A model generated the notes under the pieces. The model searched no databases. It worked only from the letters and a program-made list of their open reading frames with translations, and had not been told where the DNA came from. From positions 1-53,266 of the IMG/VR virus record IMGVR_UViG_3300032307_000452: a DNA stretch of 53,266 nt, one strand, 5' to 3'. Source of the stretch: a virus (Duplodnaviria > Caudoviricetes). Position 1 is the stretch's first letter; the number at the start of each line of letters is the position of its first letter. Position numbers and translations under genes: made by a program. Below are positions 8,538 through 18,023 of the stretch, in pieces.

Positions 8538-10316
8538 TTAAATTTTAGTGTCATCTAATAGGTTTTTTTCATCTAACATATCAGTTTTTTCATTCAAAAT
8601 CTTCTTTTTTGCTGAAATTCCGTTGATATATTCTCTAGCCAACTTTTTTGCGTTAGCATTTAAGTTTCTGTCATCTCTCTTTCTTTCCTTATGATTTTCC
8701 TTATCACCTAATGGGTCTCTACCATAGGGGTGTTTATCTTTACCATAAGTATTACCTTCTCTAGGTCTTCCAACCCCTCTACTTAGTTCAATTTCAGTTT
8801 TTAATTTACTAATTTCCTCCTCCACATTTTGTTGTTGTGGTGGATTTGCTGGGTCTTGTCCTTGTTGTTCAATTGAAGTGTGTCTGAAACGGTCTTTAAG
8901 GTCTAAGATTACTTTAGCTCTTTCAATATCAACTTCATCTTGTGATAATCCAAAGATATTATGGTATGCCCAATCTGATGATAGCATATTAAGTGATTTT
9001 GCATCCGTTGCTAATCTTATTTTTTCAGACCATAAATTAACTTTCTCTTGCTCATAAATTGTAGAAGCGTTAGTAAGAGTTAATTCAAAATTTGTCATTT
9101 CTGAATCTTCTATACCTTGTGCTGCTAAGTGTACAATTGCTATTTTAGTTAATTCACTAACAACTGTACGTTGAATTCTTTCGATAGTTCTTGCAAAACG
9201 AACATCTTCGGCTGCCAATGTAGCTTTACCATTTACGTTTTCATCATAAGAAAGATATGCTTTTGGTACTCTTAATGATGCAAATAATTTATTTCGTAAA
9301 TACTCAATATCTTCAATTGCTGCATATTCTAACCCTTGTAGGTTTTCAATATTTGTACCACTATCACTACCACGAACAGGTAGGAAGAAATCTTCAGTAA
9401 GGTTTTGTATATTATACTTTAAGTTATAATCACCAGTATTTTTATCAACAAATGGAGTTTTTTTCATTTTATTGATAATCTTCTGCATATAGTTGTCCAC
9501 TTCGGTTGGTGGAATATTACCTATATCAATTTTGAATATTCTTTTTTCAGGTGCTCTCATAATACGATGGATTAACATCGCATCTTCCATAAGAGATAAT
9601 TGTTTCCAAATTCTTCTTGCACCTTCTACCATTGATTTACCATAAGGTAGAAAGTTGGTATCCGATAACATACGGAAGTGAGCCATTTCATATTGCTCAT
9701 ATTCTTTTTTACCATATTGGTCCATCTCAACTTTGTATTTTACATAGTTTTGATTATTAGGGTCAGTACCCTCCAATCTTTCTACATTATAAGTTGAATG
9801 TGGCATTACATTTACAACGCCTTTATTTTCTGCAATTTCTAATGCTAAGAAAGCATCACCATATTTTACTAAGTTTCTTACCCAAGGCCATAAATTAAAT
9901 TCTATGTTCATTATATCATAGAATAAATTATGAAGTAATTCTCTTACATTTTCGTTTGTGGATTTAATTTGAAGTACATCACCATATTCATTTTTTGTTG
10001 TACTTTCATCGGCATATATATCTAAAGCAGATGATATAATTGGGTCTTGGTCCATAGCATCATAATCTCTAAAAAGTTCTCTACGAACTTGGTGATATGC
10101 CATTGATTGTGCACCCTGTTGTGTTTCATAATAAGACCTTTGTAATTTAGTATATCTATCTCTAAGATTTACAAAGTTAGTATTATATTGACGGTCTTCA
10201 GTATCTACAACTTTTCTCTTACCATCCTTATCAACCGTTACAATTGCGTTGGTTGAGAATAGTTTTTTAAGTCTACCAAAGAAACTTCTGTCATCTAATT
10301 TTTGTTCTTCTGCCAT
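8538..10316 (-). CDS. gp20: Portal protein (T4 gp20 family)
   Basis: QLSLMEDAMLIHRIMRAPEKRIFKIDIGNIP, EDFFLPVRG, EDIEYLRNKLFASLRVP motifs. Confidence 0.97.
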   Translation of the reverse strand: MAEEQKLDDRSFFGRLKKLFSTNAIVTVDKDGKRKVVDTEDRQYNTNFVNLRDRYTKLQRSYYETQQGAQSMAYHQVRRELFRDYDAMDQDPIISSALDIYADESTTKNEYGDVLQIKSTNENVRELLHNLFYDIMNIEFNLWPWVRNLVKYGDAFLALEIAENKGVVNVMPHSTYNVERLEGTDPNNQNYVKYKVEMDQYGKKEYEQYEMAHFRMLSDTNFLPYGKSMVEGARRIWKQLSLMEDAMLIHRIMRAPEKRIFKIDIGNIPPTEVDNYMQKIINKMKKTPFVDKNTGDYNLKYNIQNLTEDFFLPVRGSDSGTNIENLQGLEYAAIEDIEYLRNKLFASLRVPKAYLSYDENVNGKATLAAEDVRFARTIERIQRTVVSELTKIAIVHLAAQGIEDSEMTNFELTLTNASTIYEQEKVNLWSEKIRLATDAKSLNMLSSDWAYHNIFGLSQDEVDIERAKVILDLKDRFRHTSIEQQGQDPANPPQQQNVEEEISKLKTEIELSRGVGRPREGNTYGKDKHPYGRDPLGDKENHKERKRDDRNLNANAKKLAREYINGISAKKKILNEKTDMLDEKNLLDDTKI

Positions 10317-10323
10317 AATTTAT

Positions 10324-10761
10324 TTACCATTTTCTACAAGACCAATATCTTGCTTTTGTTCTTGGACCAGGATTTTCACAGTTATGTCTTGCTCTGAACG
10401 ATTTTCTTCTTTCAGGATTTGATTTTTTTATTTTTGCTCCCTTTTCACCAAAGTTTACTTTAATTACTTTTCCTGTTTTTGGATTTTTAACATATACCTT
10501 AAACTTCTTAACATCACCCTGCATTGGTTTACCTAATTTAACTTCTCTACCTTGATATTCCGCTTCAAATACACAAGGACAATTAGCCTCATTTAGTTCA
10601 TCTGAATACATTTTAAGATAATTGATAAAATCATCCATATCTTCCTGCTCTACATCCAATTCATCATAATCATCAATTGGGTTGTCTTGTGGTGTATCTC
10701 CGATTGAATACGCTTGGTCAACATACTCATCTTCTTTTAGGATATTTTTTAATTTAATCAT
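10324..10761 (-). CDS. Conserved T4-like virion-associated protein
   Basis: Acidic N-terminal part, then EAEYQGREVKLGKP...VNFG...RRKSFRARHNC...ARYWSCRKW, a basic module common in marine/freshwater T4-like phages. Confidence 0.7.
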   Translation of the reverse strand: MIKLKNILKEDEYVDQAYSIGDTPQDNPIDDYDELDVEQEDMDDFINYLKMYSDELNEANCPCVFEAEYQGREVKLGKPMQGDVKKFKVYVKNPKTGKVIKVNFGEKGAKIKKSNPERRKSFRARHNCENPGPRTKARYWSCRKW

Positions 10762-10791
10762 TTGGCTTTAATTTATATTTTGACATATACC

Positions 10792-10799
10792 ATAAATAT
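10792..10799 (-). promoter_or_regulatory. Putative late promoter core ATATTTAT
   Basis: Recurrent intergenic octamer, upstream of the portal operon. Confidence 0.55.
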
Positions 10800-10825
10800 C
10801 GTAAATTATCAAAACACTACTATTT

Positions 10826-12421
10826 TTATAACCATTGAGATAAATCTTCAAAGCTATCACCCACTCTCATCTTCCAAGGGTTCTCATCCATATTGGCACC
10901 ACCATATACTCCCGAATGTTGCATGTTTGATGAAATACCACCCATTGCTCTTTTAGTAAGGTCTATACCTTCCTGTCTTAAACGTAATGCAGTATCCCTA
11001 ACCCACAATCCAATACAAAATGCCATCACTAAGTCATCGTTATAACCCTTCATAGCCTCAGCTCTACCATTCATAAATATGAAAGTAAACAATTCATCTA
11101 TCAAACGATTAGAACGGACTGTAACAGCTTTTTCCCTAAAATATTCATCTAATTTAGATACAATCAAAGGTCTAGTCTTAGAAGTAGTTGAGAAACCAGC
11201 CACCATTTGCCTTTCATCAGCACGATATTTGTTTCTCATTTGATTTTCAACATCTACATATTTTAAATCCTTACTCATATAGAATAAGTTTTTATACTGT
11301 CTATCGATTACTTGCTGAATTGCTGCCCAACCAATGTTTGCGTTTTCTATCACAAGTAAAGCATCATTATATTGTGTGGATAATTCAACTAAGAAATTTC
11401 CAAAATCCTTTGTATCCACTTTTCCTTTATATTCAGCTACTTGAGTACATGTATTAATTTCCATTACATGAGCTGCTGAATAGTCAGAACCATCACCTCT
11501 AGCCACATCGGCAATTACCATATAAGAACCACCAGGTGATGGATATTCCCATCTCCAAAGGTTACCATCAAATCCAGTCTTCTCTAATGGGTCTTGGCAA
11601 TATGATTCTTTATAGAACATTAATAGTTCTGGGTCTATTACAGTATCACCAGAAGATACGAAGTCACAATCACATTCCTGTGCTGCTTTCTTTGCTCCTA
11701 ATAGTTTTTCTTGTTCTTCTCTCCAAGCATCACCTCTTTCAGGGTGTACTGTCCAATGTAATCTGATTGTATTGAATGGATTTGAACCTTCCTCTGCGGC
11801 TAACCAAGTTTTATGAAACCAATTACCCACACCATTGGGTGTAGAAAGTGCAATACAACTACCACCAGTTGAAAGTGTCGATTGTGCAGATGTCCAAATT
11901 TCATCAATATCACCAATGAAGGCGGCCTCATCAAATATTAGAAGTGATAGGGCTTCGGAACGTCCTGCATCAGGAGATGAAGCAATAGCCTTAATTTGAG
12001 AACCATTTTGTAATTTAAGTGAAAGTTTGTTATCTTCCAATGAACCACCCTTTAACCAAGAAGGAAGTAATTCATGCATTACCCTTACCTTAGTTACTAA
12101 GTTCTTTGCAACATCTTGCTTTGTTGCAATAACTAATACGTTAAAATCGGTATTGAATAACATTCTCCAAAGTGCATATCCAGCTGAAAGAGTTGAGATA
12201 CCAGTTTGACGTGATTTAAGAACTATATTAAAACGATTTCCAGCAAATTGAGTTAAGGTACTCTCTTGAAATGGAAAAAGGTGAAAAGGTATTTTACCTC
12301 TCACCGGATGCTGAATCATACAATATTTTTTCATAAAGTGAATCGGGTCTACCGCACACTTTTTGTATTCTTCTGCAATAATCTCCTTTAGGGATTTTTT
12401 TTGTGTAATTCCAGTACTCAT
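10826..12421 (-). CDS. gp17: Terminase large subunit (T4 gp17 family)
   Basis: Walker A region KSRQTGIST, Walker B LIFDEAAF, STPNG, nuclease ADVARGDGSDYS and NDDLVMA. ATG at 12421. Confidence 0.97.
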   Translation of the reverse strand: MSTGITQKKSLKEIIAEEYKKCAVDPIHFMKKYCMIQHPVRGKIPFHLFPFQESTLTQFAGNRFNIVLKSRQTGISTLSAGYALWRMLFNTDFNVLVIATKQDVAKNLVTKVRVMHELLPSWLKGGSLEDNKLSLKLQNGSQIKAIASSPDAGRSEALSLLIFDEAAFIGDIDEIWTSAQSTLSTGGSCIALSTPNGVGNWFHKTWLAAEEGSNPFNTIRLHWTVHPERGDAWREEQEKLLGAKKAAQECDCDFVSSGDTVIDPELLMFYKESYCQDPLEKTGFDGNLWRWEYPSPGGSYMVIADVARGDGSDYSAAHVMEINTCTQVAEYKGKVDTKDFGNFLVELSTQYNDALLVIENANIGWAAIQQVIDRQYKNLFYMSKDLKYVDVENQMRNKYRADERQMVAGFSTTSKTRPLIVSKLDEYFREKAVTVRSNRLIDELFTFIFMNGRAEAMKGYNDDLVMAFCIGLWVRDTALRLRQEGIDLTKRAMGGISSNMQHSGVYGGANMDENPWKMRVGDSFEDLSQWL

Positions 12422-12422
12422 A

Positions 12423-13106
12423 TTAATCAACAGGAGGTTTTACTAAATCGTAATTCTTATCTTTTAACTTAGCATAAGCTTCGTTTCTTAGTTTTTTTGC
12501 TTGTTGGATTTCTTCTTCAAAACGAGTTATATCAGTTAGGATTTCTGCTTTTAATTCATTTACATCCCTTTCCATACTCCACTTTTCAATCGTACCATCT
12601 TCTTGCACAACTTCATATTCTTGCTTAGCATCGTTATATGCTTGCTGAAATTGGGAAACTATATCTTTACCATAAGAAATCATATTGTTATATATCTTAT
12701 AATCCTCATAGGCTTGCCACAACCCATCTAATTTGATTATAGTTTCTCTCTTTGCTAAGCACGTTGTACAATATCCAGTTTTAGATATTAGTTTCTTATC
12801 AACCCTTCCGTATTTTATAGTTTGACAATCTGAAGCTTTGCAGGTATTTAATGCTGCTAAATAAGCTCTTGTTTCAGCCATAATATCACCCAACTCCGAA
12901 ACTTCTATTTTACCACCTTCATGTTGTTCCCAAGACTTTCCATTTTCATCAGTCCATCTTTCTCCAACTTTTCTTTTTACCTCTTGTTTATCAGCTCCTG
13001 CAAACGATACAAATGCTTCTTTTTGATATTCACCACCGGTTAATACCATATCTACCAACTTTCTACGAGTTGGATGCATAAACTTTTTATTAAATTCCTT
13101 TGCCAT
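12423..13106 (-). CDS. Hypothetical protein with four cysteines and a coiled coil
   Basis: CKASDC...GYCTTC. Directly upstream of gp17. Confidence 0.7.
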   Translation of the reverse strand: MAKEFNKKFMHPTRRKLVDMVLTGGEYQKEAFVSFAGADKQEVKRKVGERWTDENGKSWEQHEGGKIEVSELGDIMAETRAYLAALNTCKASDCQTIKYGRVDKKLISKTGYCTTCLAKRETIIKLDGLWQAYEDYKIYNNMISYGKDIVSQFQQAYNDAKQEYEVVQEDGTIEKWSMERDVNELKAEILTDITRFEEEIQQAKKLRNEAYAKLKDKNYDLVKPPVD

Positions 13107-13121
13107 ATTATATACAATATA

Positions 13122-13140
13122 TTTGTATATATAAGTATAT
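13122..13140 (-). promoter_or_regulatory. Late-type motif variant (ATACTTAT) in a 19-bp element repeated at 16879-16897
   Basis: Plus strand TTTGTATATATAAGTATAT is exact at both positions. Confidence 0.55.
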
Positions 13141-13157
13141 CAAAATTAAGAAAACGA

Positions 13158-16100
13158 TTAACTATCGAAGAAAATACCTAAAATTTGATTTAGTGGTGCG
13201 AATGCTCCTGTTAGTTTGTAAGTATTACCATTATATACAAATACAATACCTTCATTTGGTACAATTTTTTCAAATCCACCCAAAGCGTTTAATCGTTGTA
13301 ATTCTAATTTTAGTTTTTCAACTTTTTTAGGGTCACCACTTGCTTTTACTTGAGATATTGTTGATTGTAAACGAGCTACCATTTGTCTTTTGGCAGAATC
13401 AGGATTTGCCGTAAGTACAGATTCCATAAATGATAAAACATCAGCACCAACACCTAAAAATATCTCCTCAAATCTCATTAGATTTTGTTTTGATATCTTT
13501 TGTTGGTCTTGCTTATCTATTTGTTCAGCCCATGCCCTTAATTTAGGGTCTTGTATTGTTGCTATTCTAAATGATTTATCACCAAATGCCCATCTCTTAA
13601 CTAATCCTATTTTTTCTTGTGCATCCAATTTCTTCCCATCCTTTTCTACAAATTTACTCCACCAAGCCTGATGATATTCAGCTACCCCATCATTATCAGA
13701 TAATCCAAATTCAGATTGTAATTTAGAAATCATTCCCAAATACTTTCCTTGTAATTTAGCTAATTGTTCTGATTTTGGTAACTTAGTCATTGGTGGTCCT
13801 TGTATTGTGTACTTAGATTGAACATGTGCGTTTACCTGCTTAATCATTCCACCTAATATAGATGCAGCTTGTTGATTTTCACCAATTATATTACCAGCAT
13901 CATCATACTCAAACGTACCATGAAATACTAATAGAGGTTGATTGTATGGAATTACATTTACCGAAGTTGGATATATTACTTCCAAATTCATAAAACATGC
14001 ACCATCCTTAAAAATCTTTTGTCTTTGTGGTTCTGATAGGGCTGCTATTGCTTTCGATAAATCTTGCATAGCGAAGTTGTAAGCATCGGTTAATCCACCT
14101 CTACCAGCAAACTTATCTGCTACTTGTCCAATGGTCATAGCACCAGCTCCTTTGCTCTTTAGATGTGATTTGTTACGAGCTGCAACTAATCTACCATTTA
14201 CCCAACTAACTGCCAATGCCTGTCCATCAGTCTTCTCTCTAGTCAATTCCAAATCACCATTAAGTGCTTTAGTTACAATTGTTTTAAGGTCACCAAATGT
14301 AAGGTTCATTTCAATATCAAATGGGTGATTCATGTGACCATAAGCCCCACCTTCTAATAATAAAGATTCATTTATTGATTCTTTTTTCAAACTTCTTTTT
14401 TGAAGAACCAATTGATTAATTTGAGAAAATATATCTGCAATATCTTTATCTAATTTCTTTTCATCTGCACTCATCGGAGATTCGATATCAACATTTGAAT
14501 AAAGTTTTTTCTTTTTTGCAATTAATATCTCTGCTTTTTTAAGTAAATCAGATTTAACTTTATCTAAATCCTTTAAGATTTCAGATGAAGTAGCTTCAGT
14601 TACAGTTTCAAATGCGGATGGCGTTTTGATTTTTCTCCAACCACCACCAGGTGTTCTAAATATTCTAGCAGGTATTGGTAAAGTAGAACCTATTGGCAAT
14701 TGTCTTTCATATCCCTTATCAACGTGTATAATTTTGGTTATGAATTGTTTTGTTTTATTATCAGAACCAACCAATTCAACTTCCACATTTACAGTTCTTC
14801 CACCTACTTTCATTTTACCAGCAAATAATTGTCCTTTTATAAATGCTTCTTTTAAAAAATCAGTTGGAGATTTTAAATCATATTTTCTAATACGATTATA
14901 TTTGTCTACTACATCATTATGTGTATCTATTGGTAAACCTTGGTCTATTGCTTGTTTCTTTTCTCTTTCACTTGGAATTTCATCAAAAAAATCCCAACCG
15001 TCTAATCCATCTAAATAATATTTTTGATTATCATAATCTTCCCAATCGGAGTTCCATATATATCCAGTAGTAGTATTACCATCCAATGGAAATGCACCAT
15101 TGCCAGTAGCTTCCTCTACCGGTTTATATTCTTCACTACCATCACCATTTAATTTAGATTTTAATTTCTTAGTATCTTTTGAATCCGGTGCTCCATTGAT
15201 ATATCCACCAGGTAAAGATACCCCCACACCGGCTCCACCACCCAATCCCATTTCATCTAGCATTTGAGCTTCCACTTCATCTATAATTTCATTTATATCT
15301 TCTTTTGAAATTATTTGTGGTTTTTGATTTTTAGGAAGTTCCCAAAATCTTTTAGGTTTTTTTTCTGGATTTGTTCTATATATTTCTTCCCAATCTTCTA
15401 CCTTATGTGGGTCATCAGCTGGATTTAATGTACTTTGCACTACATTCTTAATCTTATAATACGCTTTTCTAAATTGAGTTTCGGTATCTTTTCCCTTACC
15501 TCTACCTCTCATAGAATCTGCTTTTGGTATATCCAATTGAGTATATCCACCTTGCTTATACCAATTTTCAGGTTTAGCTGTATTTAGTATTCGTTTTTGT
15601 CCATCCCCAACAAATGACATATCGGGCTCATCACCAGCTGTCATACCAGCATTACTAGCAGCTTCTTTTAATTCCTCTTTTTTAGGAATTCTAAATGTTA
15701 CAGCTTTCTTACCATTGATTGTTGGCATTCCCCATTCATCAGTACCAATCGATTTAACAATAACTTTTTTATTTTTAAATTTACCCATTAAAATTTGGTC
15801 ACCAACCTTAACATTCAATTTGATTTCTTCATTAATACACTCTTTTAATTTCTTTAATTTAAGAGTAATTAATTTGAATATTTGGTCATCAAACTTTGGA
15901 TATGCTTTTGTGAAATTCTTTTTTCTTTCTTCTTCACTACCAGCACTCAACCAATAACGAACATCAGTACCACTAATTGCATTAGGTTGAGCAGGTGCAG
16001 CATAGACATATCCTTTATCTAAATAAGGTTCTTCTACTTTACCTTTATATGGAGTGAAATATTTACCACTTAAACGTGATGAATCCTTTTCACCTACAAC

Positions 16101-16439
16101 AGTTATAAAACCAGTTGTATCTGAATCGTATTTATTAAGTATTTCTTGTGGAGCGTATGGGTTTTTGATTTGTACTATCTTATTCGAAGGAATACCAAAC
16201 ATTTTTTGCATGATGGCTTTCTTTTCTTTAAACCCAAATGGAGATTTTTTATTATCGGTTACATCGGAAGTTCCTATATAAACATTATCCCTTCCGAACT
16301 TCTTAACTAAATGGTCATAAGTTGCGTAATGGCCCTTATGAAATGGTTGAAAGCGGCCGGAATAGACAACAACTACTTTGTCCATCTCTGCCGCTTCTCC
16401 CAATATTGTTTCTACCAAAAATTTTGCTAATCCCATCAT
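13158..16439 (-). CDS. Multidomain protein: HxGH nucleotidyltransferase + low-complexity middle + KxDG ligase-like domain
   Basis: N-terminal YSGRFQPFHKGH and ISGTDVR (cytidylyltransferase-like/NMNAT fold). C-terminal EKTDGQ...NLEVIY...EGIVF...YKLTG resembles covalent nucleotidyltransferase motifs I, III, IV and V. Confidence 0.7.
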   Translation of the reverse strand: MMGLAKFLVETILGEAAEMDKVVVVYSGRFQPFHKGHYATYDHLVKKFGRDNVYIGTSDVTDNKKSPFGFKEKKAIMQKMFGIPSNKIVQIKNPYAPQEILNKYDSDTTGFITVVGEKDSSRLSGKYFTPYKGKVEEPYLDKGYVYAAPAQPNAISGTDVRYWLSAGSEEERKKNFTKAYPKFDDQIFKLITLKLKKLKECINEEIKLNVKVGDQILMGKFKNKKVIVKSIGTDEWGMPTINGKKAVTFRIPKKEELKEAASNAGMTAGDEPDMSFVGDGQKRILNTAKPENWYKQGGYTQLDIPKADSMRGRGKGKDTETQFRKAYYKIKNVVQSTLNPADDPHKVEDWEEIYRTNPEKKPKRFWELPKNQKPQIISKEDINEIIDEVEAQMLDEMGLGGGAGVGVSLPGGYINGAPDSKDTKKLKSKLNGDGSEEYKPVEEATGNGAFPLDGNTTTGYIWNSDWEDYDNQKYYLDGLDGWDFFDEIPSEREKKQAIDQGLPIDTHNDVVDKYNRIRKYDLKSPTDFLKEAFIKGQLFAGKMKVGGRTVNVEVELVGSDNKTKQFITKIIHVDKGYERQLPIGSTLPIPARIFRTPGGGWRKIKTPSAFETVTEATSSEILKDLDKVKSDLLKKAEILIAKKKKLYSNVDIESPMSADEKKLDKDIADIFSQINQLVLQKRSLKKESINESLLLEGGAYGHMNHPFDIEMNLTFGDLKTIVTKALNGDLELTREKTDGQALAVSWVNGRLVAARNKSHLKSKGAGAMTIGQVADKFAGRGGLTDAYNFAMQDLSKAIAALSEPQRQKIFKDGACFMNLEVIYPTSVNVIPYNQPLLVFHGTFEYDDAGNIIGENQQAASILGGMIKQVNAHVQSKYTIQGPPMTKLPKSEQLAKLQGKYLGMISKLQSEFGLSDNDGVAEYHQAWWSKFVEKDGKKLDAQEKIGLVKRWAFGDKSFRIATIQDPKLRAWAEQIDKQDQQKISKQNLMRFEEIFLGVGADVLSFMESVLTANPDSAKRQMVARLQSTISQVKASGDPKKVEKLKLELQRLNALGGFEKIVPNEGIVFVYNGNTYKLTGAFAPLNQILGIFFDS

Positions 16440-16455
16440 ATAGTTTTCTTACTAT

Positions 16456-16463
16456 ATAAATAT
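16456..16463 (-). promoter_or_regulatory. Putative late promoter core ATATTTAT
   Basis: Recurrent intergenic octamer. Confidence 0.55.
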
Positions 16464-16469
16464 GAAGGA

Positions 16470-16859
16470 TTATTCTTTTACAACTTTCATCCCTTCAGAT
16501 GATTGCTGCATTTGTTGTTGTGCTAATTGCTTACGTGTTGGTGCACCTGGTTGATATTGAATTGTTCCATTTTGTAAATCAATTCTACCTTGTGGGTATT
16601 TTTCATCCAATGCATCAATTACTTCTTTAAGTTCACCATTTAACATTTTAAATTCATCTTCACCCTTTTCTAAGAAATCATCCATTCTAACAAGTTCTTC
16701 GTTCATTTCTTTTTTACGAATATGAATTTGTCCAAATTCTAAAATTAAATTTTGAATCTTTTGATTAATATCTGTGATAGATTTCAATGTTTCTGCCTCA
16801 ATTTTAGCAGTTTCTATCGTAATTTGTTGTTGTGTAGGTACATTATCTAAACCTGCCAT
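16470..16859 (-). CDS. Small coiled-coil protein (paralog of 21383..21640)
   Basis: Contains LDEKYPQGRIDLQNGTIQYQ. Confidence 0.75.
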   Translation of the reverse strand: MAGLDNVPTQQQITIETAKIEAETLKSITDINQKIQNLILEFGQIHIRKKEMNEELVRMDDFLEKGEDEFKMLNGELKEVIDALDEKYPQGRIDLQNGTIQYQPGAPTRKQLAQQQMQQSSEGMKVVKE

Positions 16860-16878
16860 AGTATTTAAGTTTTATTGT

Positions 16879-16897
16879 TTTGTATATATAAGTATAT
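16879..16897 (-). promoter_or_regulatory. Late-type motif variant (ATACTTAT), 19-bp repeat of 13122-13140
   Basis: Exact repeat located in an intergenic gap. Confidence 0.55.
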
Positions 16898-16903
16898 TCT
16901 TTT

Positions 16904-17644
16904 TTATTTTTTGAACACAGAAACTCCTTTTTGTTTTACAACTTCACCAGCACAATAGTTAGCCCAATCAATCGATATTCCAATATCAGCCGAATCCAAA
17001 TATCGAGCTACAAATCCAGCAACAAAAGTATCACCTGCTCCACTAACATCTGCATTTTCAATAGGTGTAACCGGATATGTTGTATGTTTATATATTGTTC
17101 CCATCTTATCAATTGTGCGTATGATTTTATCAAACAACCAATCGTTATCTCGTATCACATCTTTACTAACTTCCCATTCCAACCGGTTCACCTTAATGAA
17201 TTTCAAATCCTTACACCAATCTCCCAATTTCTTTTTGGTATCTAAAATAACAAATGGATGCATAGATGCTATATGAGATATATCTTCTTCTGTTAAAAAT
17301 CCTTTGCAATAATCTGAAATTATAATCGCATCGTATTGAGATATATCGGATAATTTGGATATATCAATTCTACTAACCGAATCGTTTTCATCCACTCTTA
17401 AATAAAGTTCGTTTGTATCTTTATTAACATAACGAGTCTTCACAATACTACCATTATCAGAAAATATATTTGTTTCAACTCCCATTCCTCTTAAATTGTT
17501 TACAACATTTGATGCCATACCCAATCCATAGGTTTCATTAATTGGAATAAAAACAGGCCCATTTCCTTCCGGAGATTTACGTTTTGATGTACCATATACG
17601 AAAATATCAGTACAACTTTCTCCTATAACTAATACTTTATTCAT
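16904..17644 (-). CDS. rfaE1: PfkB-family sugar kinase, HldE/RfaE domain I-like (heptose-7-phosphate kinase)
   Basis: VLVIGESCTDIFVYGTSKRKSPEGNGPV resembles the HldE RISPEAPVPV segment. Also KTRY, LRVD, IISDYCKGFLT and DVSGAGDTFVAG. Confidence 0.85.
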   Translation of the reverse strand: MNKVLVIGESCTDIFVYGTSKRKSPEGNGPVFIPINETYGLGMASNVVNNLRGMGVETNIFSDNGSIVKTRYVNKDTNELYLRVDENDSVSRIDISKLSDISQYDAIIISDYCKGFLTEEDISHIASMHPFVILDTKKKLGDWCKDLKFIKVNRLEWEVSKDVIRDNDWLFDKIIRTIDKMGTIYKHTTYPVTPIENADVSGAGDTFVAGFVARYLDSADIGISIDWANYCAGEVVKQKGVSVFKK

Positions 17645-18023
17645 CGTCTAAAAGTTTTGTAGTACTAAACCCTTCTATTTTATTGAAAAATTTTATTTCT
17701 TTTGCATGGTTACCACCAATAATAGGTTTATACATATATTCATCTCCAATTACAAATATATCAGGCTTGTAAGTTTCTAAATGTTTTCTTAAAGATTCAT
17801 CACTATCAAATACTACAATTTTATCAACATCCTTTATTTGCAGTAAATTAAATACTCTTTGTCCTTCGGTGTGAAAAGGTCTACCTTCACCTTTCATTTG
17901 TTTAATTCGTTCATCTGAATCAATACCTATCATTAAATCTCCTAAAGATTTTGCATAATCTATTAATTTAAAATGCCCATAGTGTAGAACATCAAAACAA
18001 CCATTTATCCAAACCTTTTTCAT
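17637..18023 (-). CDS. rfaE2: HldE/RfaE domain II-like heptose-1-phosphate nucleotidyltransferase
   Basis: NGCFDVLHYGH, GIDSDERIKQMKGEGRP, GFSTT. Overlaps the kinase gene. Confidence 0.85.
   Translation of the reverse strand: MKKVWINGCFDVLHYGHFKLIDYAKSLGDLMIGIDSDERIKQMKGEGRPFHTEGQRVFNLLQIKDVDKIVVFDSDESLRKHLETYKPDIFVIGDEYMYKPIIGGNHAKEIKFFNKIEGFSTTKLLDDE

Noticed and set aside
8538-12421. Inteins or introns in portal or terminase
   Set aside because: Both have normal length and contiguous motifs, with no splicing signatures.
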